NCBI RefSeq assembly: GCF_009914755.1 | Contig: NC_060935.1 | Length of the DNA: 64,000 nucleotides | Origin: the human T2T-CHM13v2.0 reference genome, Homo sapiens | Direction: 5' to 3' (one strand) | Part shown: positions 26,641 to 39,730 of the stretch, piece after piece | Layout: every line of letters begins with the position of its first letter | How positions within the stretch are numbered: position 1 is the first letter of the stretch | The notes under the pieces: model-generated | The model's database searches: none | What the model was told of the DNA's origin: nothing | Seen by the model: the letters and a program-made list of their open reading frames with translations, nothing else | Made by a program: the position numbers and the translations under genes

Positions 26641-27823
26641 TGTTCATTTTACTGAGCAGGTTGGTTCTTTAACGTCAGCAGTAGGTCTCTCAACTGGAGA
26701 AGTGTCTTTAAGATTTGACCCAATATTACTTTTAGGGGTTAATTATGAAAACGAAATCAACCTTATAATAAGGATAAAAGCTTTGGATTGGATGGCAAAA
26801 TTCAAACAATGAACAAAACTGTAATTAAGAAATTGCTAAGCAAAATTCATAAGTCCCAAGGAATCCAATGGTGGGCTTCAAGGCATCCTCCTCAGCCCCA
26901 CTGAAGTTATGAGCACAGATATGCCTATGTTGCATCCATAGTACCTATCACCTTTTCAAAGAAGTTCACAGATTTCTCAAATTTTGAGAACCATTACCTT
27001 AAGTTTCTTTTCAGTGCCAAATCATTGCTGCATCATCAACACCCACTAGTGGATTTTGTATTGAGTAGGCAATCTTTAAATGTTTGTTGATTGACTGAAT
27101 AAGTGAATTAATAAGCAGAAGAATAAATGAAAATGAAAGGAAATGCTATGCCAGGCACAAATGTTCCTCTTTCCCTCTTCTAAATACTTGCAGCATGATA
27201 TTTTTGACACCAAAGGGACTGGATGCTCATTCATCTTTGTATTCCTCAAGATTTGCAAACAAAGAATGAGAAGCACCATTTAAACAAGAAATCTTGAATC
27301 AATGCTTTATTCCTAGTCCTACTTCTGCTTGTCAGATTATTCCAATAACTGATAAAGTAATCTCAGACTAGACTTTCTAAAATTGTATGTTGAGATCCTC
27401 CCAAATTTAGCTATTTTTAAAAAACTAGTTAATGGCTGCAAAAAGAAAAAAAAATCTTGGTAGTGGGGTCTAAAATCACTACTGAAAATTCAAGATTTTT
27501 CTTTTAGTGTTTCAGTACAGCTGTGATGTTTTTATTTATTTTGATAGTGCCCTTAGTACAAAATAAAAGAATAATAGAACCATGAACCAGTAAATCTATG
27601 GACTAGAATATGTCACTTGATTTAACTGGGACTCTTCTTTTAACCTGGGCTTTGAGAAGAAAGCTCTGAAGTTTGAAATAAAAGGCTTGGTAGTATTTAT
27701 TTACGATTAGCCAGTCATCGATCCCATTCAAGCAAACAAAAGAAAAAAAAATAGGAAATTTTCTTTTTCAGAAAGAGCACCTGCTAAATGAAGAACTTAT
27801 ACAAAATAGTCATCAAAGACCAG

Positions 27824-27826
<3 letters not shown>

Positions 27827-27854
<28 letters not shown>
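27827..27854. repeat. (TG)14 microsatellite
   Basis: Direct read. Confidence 0.97.
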
Positions 27855-27855
<1 letters not shown>

Positions 27856-28578
27856 TGCACACAATGTCAATTTTAAGGAATCCCTTTGCATATAGAACCA
27901 GAATGGTTAGCACTGGTTTGTTTTGTTTTGACCCCATTCCCCCAGACATGTGAAATTCAGAATAAGAAATATGTAGTTTTAACCAAAGCAATATCTTCAA
28001 TAGCAAATGAATTTATCACTATTATTTATATGTTTATATATGTGTAATTTTATAGGACTATTAAAATAGTTATTTTGATATATTTTATTATGATACAAAG
28101 TCAACTGCATATCTTAAAACACAGCAAGCTGTTTGTCTCCCCGATCCTTTATGATTGTTTCCTCTGACTGTGCCCCAACACTTCTCTTGAGAAATTCTCA
28201 TCACCACAGAGGCCCAGCTTAGCCATCATCCCTGCTCCATGTCTGCGTATAAGTTGTTTCCTCTGGTTTTCTCAACCCTTCATCTAGCTGGATAGTTTCT
28301 CACTTTTCAGACCACAGCTTAGAAGTCACTTACTTTGGGAAGCCTTTCATCAGGAACTTAGGAATCCCTGGTATGAACTGTATTCACGATTCTTCTCTCC
28401 TAACATTTCCTACACTTTATTTTGACTGTTTTGTTTTGTTTTCATTACCTGTCTCCTTTGCTTAGTACTGACTTCTGGGAAAACAAAGATATAACAACAT
28501 TTTTCTCACTGTAATATTCCAAGCACCCACCAGAACCTTCCTGGTACACAGCAGTGACTCAATATTTAAGTAAAAAAT

Positions 28579-28871
28579 GGCCAGGCTCAGTGGCTCACGC
28601 CTGTAATCCCATCACTTTGGGAGGCCAAGGAGGACAGATCACCTGAGGCTGAGTTCGAGACCAGCCTGGCCAACATGGCAAAGCCCTGTCTCTATTAAAA
28701 GTACAAAAATTAGCTGGGCATGGTGGCGCATGCCTGTAGTCCCAGCTACTTTGGAGGCTGAGGCAGGAGAATCACTTGAATCCAGGAGGCGGAGGAAGCA
28801 GTGAGTCAAGATCATGCTACTGCACTTCCAGCCTGGGCAACAAGAGCGAAACTCCATCTCAAAAAAAAAAA
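28579..28871 (+). mobile_element. AluS inserted at an L2 3' end
   Basis: Full dimer, TSD-like aagtaaaaa(a)t on both sides. L2-like sequence at about 28160-28570. Confidence 0.94.
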
Positions 28872-30873
28872 GTAAAAATATGAATTTAAACCACTTCTTA
28901 AAACATCTTTGAACATAAATTAATATGCTTTTTAAATTAGATATTTGAAATGTATTTTGTTTTCTTCAACTGTTTCACCTCGTAGAGGGAGTTTCTTAAA
29001 AAATGAATTTAAGTAAATAATAATTTGACAGAAACTTGCTTAAGGTATTCCTCCATTCCCGTTCAGTTTACTTTTTCTACCAAGTTAAAAACAACCACAT
29101 GAATAAACAGAACAAGCTAACTTGGGTCAAGTGAGTGTATCCAAGCCATGGCACCTGCCTTGTGGAATTATCTAAGGGTGGCCTGAGCCCTTTCAGAGAT
29201 GTACACCAGGAACCAGTAACACAGCAAAAGGCCAGGACAGCTACTGTGGGCCTCAGCCCTGCAAGCAGTCTAAGGGCACATGGCAGGCAGAATTGGCCAA
29301 CACAAGAGTTTATTCATCAGACTCAATTTGTCAGACCCTTCTACTTCTCAAGTTAAAAGGAAGAAGAGTACTATAACCCAGTAAGGAACTTTTGTTGACC
29401 TGGGTTCATTTTTCATATTGTCACGTAGCTAGATCCACAAAAATTGGCTCCAATCCCTGAATCTGATCACCCTATCCTTCCCTCCGGCCCCATCTCACTC
29501 TCTCTGGTCACCTGCCCTTAAGTGCCTTTATCCTGTTTACACAGGAGGAAGCTGTGGCTCTCTTGCTCTTGAGTGCTTATTCCAACCACACTGGGTTATC
29601 AAGGCTTTTTATTTTTCAAATCCTGAGAAGTTCTTGCTCAAAGCATGGTTTAAGAGTCTTGGATTTAAGCCTATTTGAAAAATCAGTGTTTCACTCCTGG
29701 TTATGCAATATATTATCTGCCTGCCCTTATGAGTGAGTCATTGTTACTCTCGCAGCTTTCATATCTCTATGTGTAAAATGAGGATAACGAGATAACCTGA
29801 CAATACAGATGTGAGCATCACTATCCTCATCATCTCTGGCATTTTACTGAGCACTTAGAGTGTGCAACACTCTGTGTCAAGCCCTTCGCATCTATTATCT
29901 CATTTGATTTCATTTACTAGATTAGCTTTACCACCAAATCTTATTCTCCTACTCAGATAAGCATATCTCCAAGTATACAGACACCTTATGTAGATGTTTA
30001 TTAAAAAGAAGCCTGCAACAATTGATGTTATTACTTTTTAAGAATATTAATTTTCACAATAGAAATTTAATTACACTGTGCAGAAATAATTAGGATTGCA
30101 GACTGAATTATTTAAGAAATCCTTTATTTTGGTAGAGAACAACTCAGATATTTATGATATTTCTATGTATCTTCTTATTGGCATAAATTCTTATTGGCTA
30201 AAATTCTAACTGTGATATTTATTTTCATGGTGTATATTTAGGAGAGTATACATATTCTAAAATTATCAGAATTATACCAAATAGTTCAATTTAAAAATAT
30301 ATTTTTAAAAGTTAATTTAATCACGTAAAGGTATTATCAAAACAAAAATGAAGCCATGGTAGAGTATCATGTATAGTATATGGTAATATTTTAATATGTA
30401 ATTACTTTTTATCACAATATTAATAAAGTATTTGTTCCCATTGATGGAGGTTAGTAATATTTCAGAGTACTTTGAGCCAAATGTTTGAAATGGTAAATTA
30501 TGAGCTTAAAAGTAGTCAGTGACAGGCATTTGCATGTTTAATTAAATGCTTGACTCTCCAGTGACTACTAAAATGACAGCAGTGGACTCTAGTTTCTTAC
30601 TCCAGATCTTTTTTTTTTTTCCTCCTTTTATATACCCATCCACAGACTGTGCAGTACTCTGGGGGCAGGGAGAGGACGAGGAAAAGTAGATCTTACCCAT
30701 TGCAATACCCCATTTTTCAGCTGGTAGGCTGGAACAGACTAGGATTTTATGAACTGTAAGGGCTTTTAACAGATTCTGAAAGGCATCAAGAGTATAAGAT
30801 TGACTAAGTATATTTTATTTATTGTGATAACACTGCATCCTCCCACAGTGCCTGACACATAAAAAGCAGATCA

Positions 30874-31193
<320 letters not shown>

Positions 31194-31289
31194 TCAATAA
31201 GTGTATATATATTGGGTAAGCAAGCAAAAATTAAGTAGCACATTGACAGATTGTATTTCTGTTTTAGAGTATTAATATGGGCTACAGGA

Positions 31290-31730
31290 TGGAGAATGAC
31301 CTTAGGCGGGTGGGCAGGAAACACTACAGGCTAAAAGTTTTTAGTGACATTTAAGTGGTAATGGTAATGGAAAGAAGGAGACTGATTAGAGACACATGTA
31401 GGAGAAAAATTGATAAGACTTGGTGACTGACTGGATATTAAAGACAAGAGATAGCATTACAAAGAAGGGTGTCCCAAACCTGGCTTAGTGGGTTGGTGTC
31501 ATGGATTGGAATAAGAGCTAAAGGAAAATTAACAAGTTCCCTTTGGGTGAGATAAAGGTGGTGGCAGATTGTGAAATAATTTTGAATGGAAGAGTTAAAT
31601 CTGAATTGAGAGATACCAGCTTTGAGGTGGTTCTGGATGTTCTGGCTGTGGCGGACTTACCAAAGAGTATGTGGCATGGGAAACAAAAAGAGCTGGATGA
31701 ATAATTTTGGAACTGAATATTTAAAAGATT
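31290..31730 (-). mobile_element. L2 fragment
   Basis: Purine-rich gtaatggaaagaagg...taagacttggtgactgactggata pattern of antisense L2. Confidence 0.6.
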
Positions 31731-32459
31731 CGTAATCGGGGTAAAACCGAGGACCTGAAGCCAAGTGAAGAGTGTGAAATTTTAGAGCCAACAGGTTGGG
31801 ACTGTTGGTCAGAACAAAATGGCAGAACAAAACTAGGAAGCAAGAGATGCACAAGAAGTCAAGTGTTGAAGTATGAGGTAAAGTGTGGAAAAAAGGAGTC
31901 CTTGATATCAACGCAAATCTGTTAGGACAGGAGCCATTCCCATAGCAGGGCCTGTGTAAGGTCTGAAGAAAGAAGGAAGCTACAAAGAAGGACATCCACG
32001 TTGTGGTGAGCCAAGTCATCCTGACAACATGAGACCAGATTCAAGAGCTGTCCAAATTCAAGAGCTGTCCTGTGGGATGCAGCCCACCTTGAGAGTTTCC
32101 TGGCTCAGAGTCCTCTGAAGCAGGCTCACTGAATCTGTCAAACAGAAGCCAGCCACTGGCATTTTTCCACATCTGCAAGATGAGAACATGTGATGGATGA
32201 CATGAACTTCTCCATTAGATGACCTTAGCTTCTTGATCTTGGAAGAAAACCACATTCTTAATTTCTTATGCCCCTGAAGAATTTTCAATCTACTAAACAC
32301 GGTACTCAGGTCACATTTTTCAAGGACTCCTTTGCTCCAGTCATTTAAAAAGAATTCAGTGAAAAAAGATATACACATTTATGGAAAAAAAATCACAGGT
32401 TTCTTAAAAATAAAAGGAAAAACAACTTATATTCAGAAACTAGACTTTGTACACTAAAA

Positions 32460-33140
32460 TCGCTTAGGAAGTATCTTGCCAATTTTGCCTTCTAAATGTC
32501 TCCATATTTTCTGCTTTTCTCCATTCCTACTGTTCCTACTTTAGCAGGGATTTTCCTCCTCTTACCTGGCCAATCACACTAATCTAATTTCTCCACCTGA
32601 CTCCAGCCAATTTCCCCTTCAAATTTCCAATACACAGCTACCAAATGGTTCTTTCTAAAACATTCTAAGACATTCATCTGAACAGGTTTCTCCCAAATTA
32701 GAATCTCCCAATGGCTCCCAACTTCCCACTAATAATATCTAGAGATCCCTGTGAAAGGAAGTCATAATGCCTAATGGCCTGGCTCCTCGTAAATGTCCCA
32801 TTTCATCTGATGCTCCTCCCACCTTTATAACTGTTTCTCTTAAAACACCGCATGCCTTCTTGTTTACTAAATTCCCCAAATAATTTCATATTTCTGGGAT
32901 TTTATACATGCTATTTCTTCTTCTTGCACCATCCTACCTACCTTAATTACCTAACAATTTCCTATTCGATCTGTTAATCTTCAACACTCGTGTCATACAA
33001 CTTCTCAGCAAACGATCTCCTGACTTCTTGCCCTCCTTTCTCTCACCCTTTACTAGCCACAGTTTATCATCCCATCCTCTCTGCTATCCCAGTTTCTTGT
33101 ACATTCCTGTATTTTAGTACATATATATCATAGTAGACTC
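32460..33140 (+). mobile_element. L2 fragment
   Basis: Pyrimidine-rich cacagctaccaaatggttctttctaaaac...ctcccaatggctccca...ttttatacatgctatttcttc. Confidence 0.65.
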
Positions 33141-34798
33141 TGACAATTCTCCTGAAGAGATAGAGAAGACACCTCTTTGGAACTCCAAACAAATATTTGG
33201 AAATCCCTGAATTCATGATGCCACAGCATCAAATCATTTTTCCCAAAAAATGTTTATCTAAGAATGAGACAGAACACAAGCCATGTGGATGTGCAGATGG
33301 TGAACACTAATCTAAAATCACTGACTAGCTCTCTACTCAAGCCTTGCAGCATGGGTGATTTAAATGCATGCATGCTTAGGCAAAAATATATTTACTATAT
33401 ATAACTACTCTGAGATCACTTCTGAATAGTTAAAACTGAAGATGTAAATTTTATAATTACCGAAGATCAATATTATGACACTTATCTGTTTGCATATTTG
33501 CAACCCCATCTAAATCTACACTCTGAGAGGAGGGACTATCTCTATTTATCTTTATGTAAGAAGTAGTGGATGTTCAATAAGTGTTGACTGCAATGTTTAA
33601 ACAATCACAAAATGCTCATTTCCCTCTCCCTTACTTTTGATAAGAATGACAGTGTGACAATGTCTTCATATTTATGAAAAGTATGATTGCCAAGGAGAAG
33701 ATTTACTTCATTTAATATTGATTTATTTCACTTATTCATTCATTCACCAAATATTTGTTGAGTTTGTAATACATGCTTTATATTGTTCCATGTGCTAGGT
33801 ATAGAGGAATAAATAAGACAGATGAGATGTCTGCTTTTATGGTATTTAAAGTAATGGAGACATGCTATAAGCAAATAAATAAAAATTCCATACTGCCACA
33901 AATTCATTTTTTAAAGTCTTTTATTCTTTTTAAAACCTGGGAAGGAATTAGGTGGGAGGAAGATATGGGGATTGAAGCTAGAAGGAAGAATTGGTGGGGA
34001 CTGCTGTCTTACTGCCGTTATCCAATACATACTCTGAGCGTTATCACTTCAGATTGAGGATCTTTTAAGTCTTTTCAGTGTTCCTAATTACCTGTTTGTG
34101 TAAAAAGCATTGCCAAATGAATGACTAAAATATGTTTTTTTTTAAATTTCTGTGGGCTGGGTGTGTGACTTTGCAAATGAGCAACTTTGCCAGGAAACTG
34201 AGAAATATATTCAAAAAATCTTACTTTTGTCATAGGGACTATGTCTTGCTGAGAAAATGGAAAGGAAATTAGAAGATACAGCCATTTTGTGGAAACTGCT
34301 CTTTAGAAGTTCAGGAAGATTTAATTACAGACCATTTTCTGCAATGACACAAGCCAGCTTATTATTGTAATATCAGCACAGCAAAAAATGATTCCCTCAA
34401 TGACAAAATAGCTGTTTTTGTAAATTTAGAAGATGTCATACTTGCCAGAGTAATCACAATTAATTATGCCAGGCTAGAAAGAGTGAAAATATCTTGATAT
34501 TGTTTCTCACAACTGCTGTCTCATTTGGAATAATTTCCCCTCTACATGTCTTTCAAGGTCTAGCTAAGGGATCACATTGTATTTTAATTATTTTTTATAA
34601 ACCTGTTTCCTCTCTTGATTGTAATCTTCTTGTGTCTATGTACATTTCTAACCCTCAGGAATTATCTTTGTGGAATGCATAGGTTGAATGAAAAATTAGA
34701 GTCTATTTTCTACATTGGCATAAACAGGCACATTATTCTCAAGTGATAAGCAAAAATGTCATTCTTTAATGACAAAACTGCTTTCTTTAATCAGCATG

Positions 34799-34800
<2 letters not shown>

Positions 34801-34853
<53 letters not shown>
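34801..34853. repeat. Pure (AT)26 microsatellite
   Basis: Direct read. Confidence 0.97.
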
Positions 34854-34856
<3 letters not shown>

Positions 34857-34869
34857 TATAATATATACT

Positions 34870-37135
34870 GTTTTTAAAACTTTTAGGTTCAGCGGTACCT
34901 AAAAGTGTGCAGGTTTGTTATATAGGTAAATTGCATGTCACGGGTGTTTGTTGTACAGATAATTTCATCACCCAGGTAACAAGCATAGTACCTGATAGGT
35001 AGTTTTTTGATCCTCACTCTCCTCCTACCCCCTGCCCTAAAGTAGGCCCTGGTGTCTGTTGTCCCCTCTGTATGTACATGATGTTTAGCTCACACTTAAA
35101 AGTGAGAGTGAACATGTGATATTTGGTTTTCTGTTCCTGTGTTAGTTCACTTACAATAATGGCTTCAGCTCCATCCATGTTGCTTCAAAGAACAAGCTCT
35201 CATTCTTTTTTTATGGCTGTGTAGTATTCCATGGTATATATGAACAACATTTTCTTTATCCAGTCTACCATTGATGGACATTTAGGTTGATTCTATATCT
35301 CGCTATTCTGAATAGTGCTGCAGTGAACATACACATGCATGTGTCTTTATAATGGAACAATGTATATTCCTTTGGGTATATACCCAGTAATGGGATTGCT
35401 GGGTTGAATGATATTTCTGTCTTTAGGTCTCTGAGGAATCACCACACTGTCTTCCATAATGGCTGAACTAATTTACATTCCCATCAACAGTGTATAAGCA
35501 TTCGTTTTTCTCCACAACCTCGCCAGTATCTGTTATTTTTTGACTTTTTAATAATAGCCATTCTGACTGGTGTTAAATGGTATCTCACTGTGGTTTTGAT
35601 TTGAATTTCTCTAATGATTAGTGATGTTGGGCATTTTTTCATATGCTTATTGGCCATGTGTATGTCTTCTTTTGAAAAGTGTCTGTTTGTGTCCTTTGCC
35701 CACTTTTTAATGAAGTTGTTTGTTTTTGGCTTGGAAATATGTTTAAGTTCTTTACAGATTCCAGATATTAGACCTTATATTTTCTACCATTCTGGAGCTT
35801 ATCTGTTTACTCTCCTGATAGTTTCTTTTGGTGTGCAGATCTTTAGTTTAATTAGATCTCCTTTGTCAATTTTTGGTTTCGTTGCAATTGTTTTTGGCAT
35901 CTTCCTCATAAAATCTTTGCCCAGTCTTATGTCTGAAATGGTATTTCTTAGGTTATCCTCCTGAGTTTTTTATAGTTTTAGGTTATACATTTATGCCTTT
36001 AATGTGATTCATCACCTAAAGAGAACTAAAAACAAAAACCACATGGTTAACTCAAAAGATGCAGAAAAGGCTTTTGATAAAATTCAACATCCTTTCATGT
36101 TAAAAACCTCAACAAGCTAGGCATTGAATGAACATATTTCAAAATAATAAGAGCCACCTATGACAAATCCACAATCAACATCATACTGCATGGGCAAAAG
36201 CTGGAAACATTTCCCTTGAAAGCCGGAACAAGACAAGGATGCCCTCTCTCAACACTCCTATTCAAGATAGTACTAGAAGTCCTGGCCAGGGTAATGAGGC
36301 AAGAGAAAGAAAAAAAAGGCATCCAAATAGGAAGAGAGGATGTCAAACTAACCCTGTTTTCAGACAATATGATTCTATACCTAGAAAACCCCATAGTCTC
36401 TACCCTAAAACTCCTTGATCTGATAAACAACTTCAGCAAAGTTTCAGGATACAAAATTAATATTTAAAAATCAATAGTATTCCTATACACCAACAACATC
36501 CAATCTGAGACCCAAATCAAGAATGCAGTCCCATTCACAATAGCCACCAAATAAATAAATAAATAAACTACCTACTTAGGAATACAATTAACCATGGAGG
36601 TAAAAGATCTCTGCAATGAGATTTACAAAACACTGCTCAAAGAAATCAGAGATGGTACAAACAAATGGAAAAACATTCTATGTTCATGGATAGGAAAAAT
36701 CAATATTGTTAAAATAGCCATACTGCTCAAAGCAATTTATAGATTCAATGCTATTCCTATCAAACTACCAATGACATTCTTCACTGAATTACAAAAAACT
36801 ATTTTAAAATTCATATGGAACCAAAAAGAGCCCAAATAGCCAAGGAAGTCCTAAGCAAACAGAACCAAGCTGGAGGAATCACACTACCTGCTATAGCAAC
36901 CAAAACAGCATGGTACTGGTACAAAAACAGACACACAGACCAATGGAACAGATAAGAGAGCCCAGAAATCAGGCCGCAAACCTACAACCATCTGATCTTT
37001 GACAAAGTCGACAGAAACAAGCAATAGAGAAAGGACTCCCTATTTAATAAATGGTGTTGGGATAACTGGCTAGCCATATGCAGAAGACTTAAACTAGACC
37101 TCTTCCTTACAAAAATTAACTAAAGATGGATTAAA
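34870..37135 (-). mobile_element. 5'-inverted (twin-primed) truncated L1, older L1PA (about PA13-16)
   Basis: 3' UTR and ORF2 end on the minus strand (34870-36003), then the RT region on the plus strand (36001-37135; ORFs GTRQGCPLS...FSDNMILYL and [10 protein letters not shown]). The two parts abut in L1 coordinates at the WIK codons. Confidence 0.93.
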
Positions 37136-39730
37136 TATAGTATATTTTTATATTCATATTCTTCAATTTTAAGTACATAAAGTTAGCTTCGTAAGACATT
37201 TAGCCTCATTTATTGAATTTGTTCACTAAGACAAAATGGAATATTTAATGCATCTGTAACCTACTAGAAAATATTTGAATGTTAAAGATTATTGTTGCCT
37301 TTCCATACTGCCAACAATGCATTTAGATGGTGGTAATGATGATGATGAAGCATATCCTTGAAATAAAACAAAACAAAATGTTATTCCTAACAATGACATG
37401 TTTAGTAGAATTGGATTTAGTGAAAAACCATTAGGAGAGCAAGAAATTCTTCAAGTTCTTCCTTTAGGATGGACAGTTTTTCTCACTACAGAAATTAAGG
37501 AATAAAATATGATTGACTCATTTGTGAACATATACACACAAGGCAAATGGATGCAGAAGTCATTTCTTAATGGAAGCTGAATGATAACATCAATTTAAGA
37601 GAAAAGATATCAGAAACAAGATTGGAATAAAATGTAGCCTAGATTTCATAAAAACAATAGCCTTACTTTCCCTGTCTCATTCATCTGCTACAAAATCACA
37701 TTTAGAAATTTAGTCCCTGAGAAAAATAACACAGGAATGGAAAATTCAGATTTGGAATAATCACAGACAACTGTAATCTAAGATTATTTGTTATACTTTC
37801 TTTCAACACTATAATGGTTTCAAAAACGCTTGTTTTCCAGCGAGTAACATAAACCACCAAACACATTCCTGTTCAAACTTGCCAAAAGGACATGTTATGT
37901 ATCACGGTTTTTTAAACTGCTGGTTGCAATCTTTTAGTGAGTTGTAAGGCTAGGAGTTTTATTTTTTAAATGAATCTTTTTTAGTTAGATGTACTTTTTA
38001 TATACATAAACATATATGTGTGCTCTGGGTCAGGATGTAAAATGTATTTATTATGAGTTGTAGTCAAAATATTTGAAAGCCATTGTTTAGAGACTACGAA
38101 TATGCTAACAATGTTTAATGAATATTACTGCCAATAATATGTTGGTACCAGACTGTAAGCAATATTTTCTCAAGAAGTTAACTCCTCAAACACTGGTCAA
38201 GGCATCATTCTCTCTTCTTCCCTTACCAGAAAGTCTCACCATTTAGTACCTCTTTAAGAGAATAGCTGCTTAAAGATCATATATAAAGTAATTACTTTTT
38301 ATTAAAATGCGATGAAATTTTAAGTCTAGTTTATGAAAGCAGCACTTACTAGACTGAAGATACAGAAAGACTGGCTCTGAAGAACAGAGATACGGAGCAG
38401 ACACATGAGGTTTAGAAGTACTGAGCGAGCTGACCGAGTGGTGGGGATAGGCCAGGGGAACTGATTGATTGGAACTAATTTGGAAAGGAGGAGGAGCTTG
38501 GACAGGGAATACAGCCCTCAACAGCTGGGGAGAAAGACTGAGGAAGCAGGCCAGGAGAAGGAACCTTGGCAATGAGATGCCCAAACTTGGATATCGAAGG
38601 CAATCAGGGAATCTCTCTTAGAAATATTATCAGTCCTCTCTTGAAAATGCATTCCTCAACTCCTCCTAGGGGAGCATTCCTCTATCTCCTAGAGACTCTG
38701 AAACATTTGGCCACATGTAGACTGTAGGCTATAACTGGTTAGTCACAGTGTATGACTGTGGATGTGAATAGGTAACAATATAGTAATCTCCCTTGAGACA
38801 AACTATACTGAGTTTCTTTTCTGTTTGTAAAACAGGCAAAGAAGAAAGAATGATTTAATAGTATTTTATGGCACCTTTCAAATACACTTTTAATGAACCT
38901 TATCAGTATCCTCAGAAAAAACACAGAGTTGACATGACCCACACACATCCACATACCAGCAACCACTGGAGCAAGAACTAAACTGCACTCCAAATTCTTT
39001 GCCCTTTAGTTACACTGACCTGCTTCTCTCTACTTGAGAGAGAACAGAAAGTCAAAATCAAAGATATATTTTGCTTACCTCATGCCTCTGCCCTTAGCCT
39101 GCCTTGGCCTAAGGATATATAAGAATATCCTACAAACTTGAGGGTGTTGCTCTGTCCTATCTTTTATGTACCCTTTTACAATAGGTTTGAAAAAAATAAA
39201 TGTATTTCATAGAATGTAAGACTCCATCAATAGCAAAAGGTATGAGTATTTTGTGTACCACCAGGAAAAAATTAAACCATGACATGTTTGCATATCTTAG
39301 TATTTCCTTTAACAACTGCTAAAATATTTGACTGATTTAGATATATTTTTTATTATATTCATTCTAGTCACACATAAAAAGAAAATATAAGCACAATAAT
39401 GCTGTGAAGTTATTGCCAAAGTTCCTCATTTTCAGGGTCTAACTCTTCTGAATCACTTTTCAAGTTGGAGGTATTGTTGTCCATGTTTTCCCACCTGTTT
39501 CATTCTCTGGGACATCAAGAATATTTCTTAAGAGGTTTCACTCTTCAGGCTTTGAGGTTGGAACATCTCGATTTTAGCGGAAGATGAGCAAAAGAATGTT
39601 TGCAATCACTAGGACCCATGGTCTTTCTTCAAATATGGTAAGACATATCCTGGGTTCAGTGATTTTAAACAACAGGAAGGAAAAAGGTGTGTTTTAGAAT
39701 TGATGGAATAAAATACTCTCCTAGTATTTT

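Noticed and set aside
31657-32378. 120-aa and 106-aa minus-strand ORFs as extra GUCY1A2 exons or a transposase
   Set aside because: No cyclase similarity, no convincing paired splice sites and no identifiable transposase motif. The segment is kept only as an unassigned finding.
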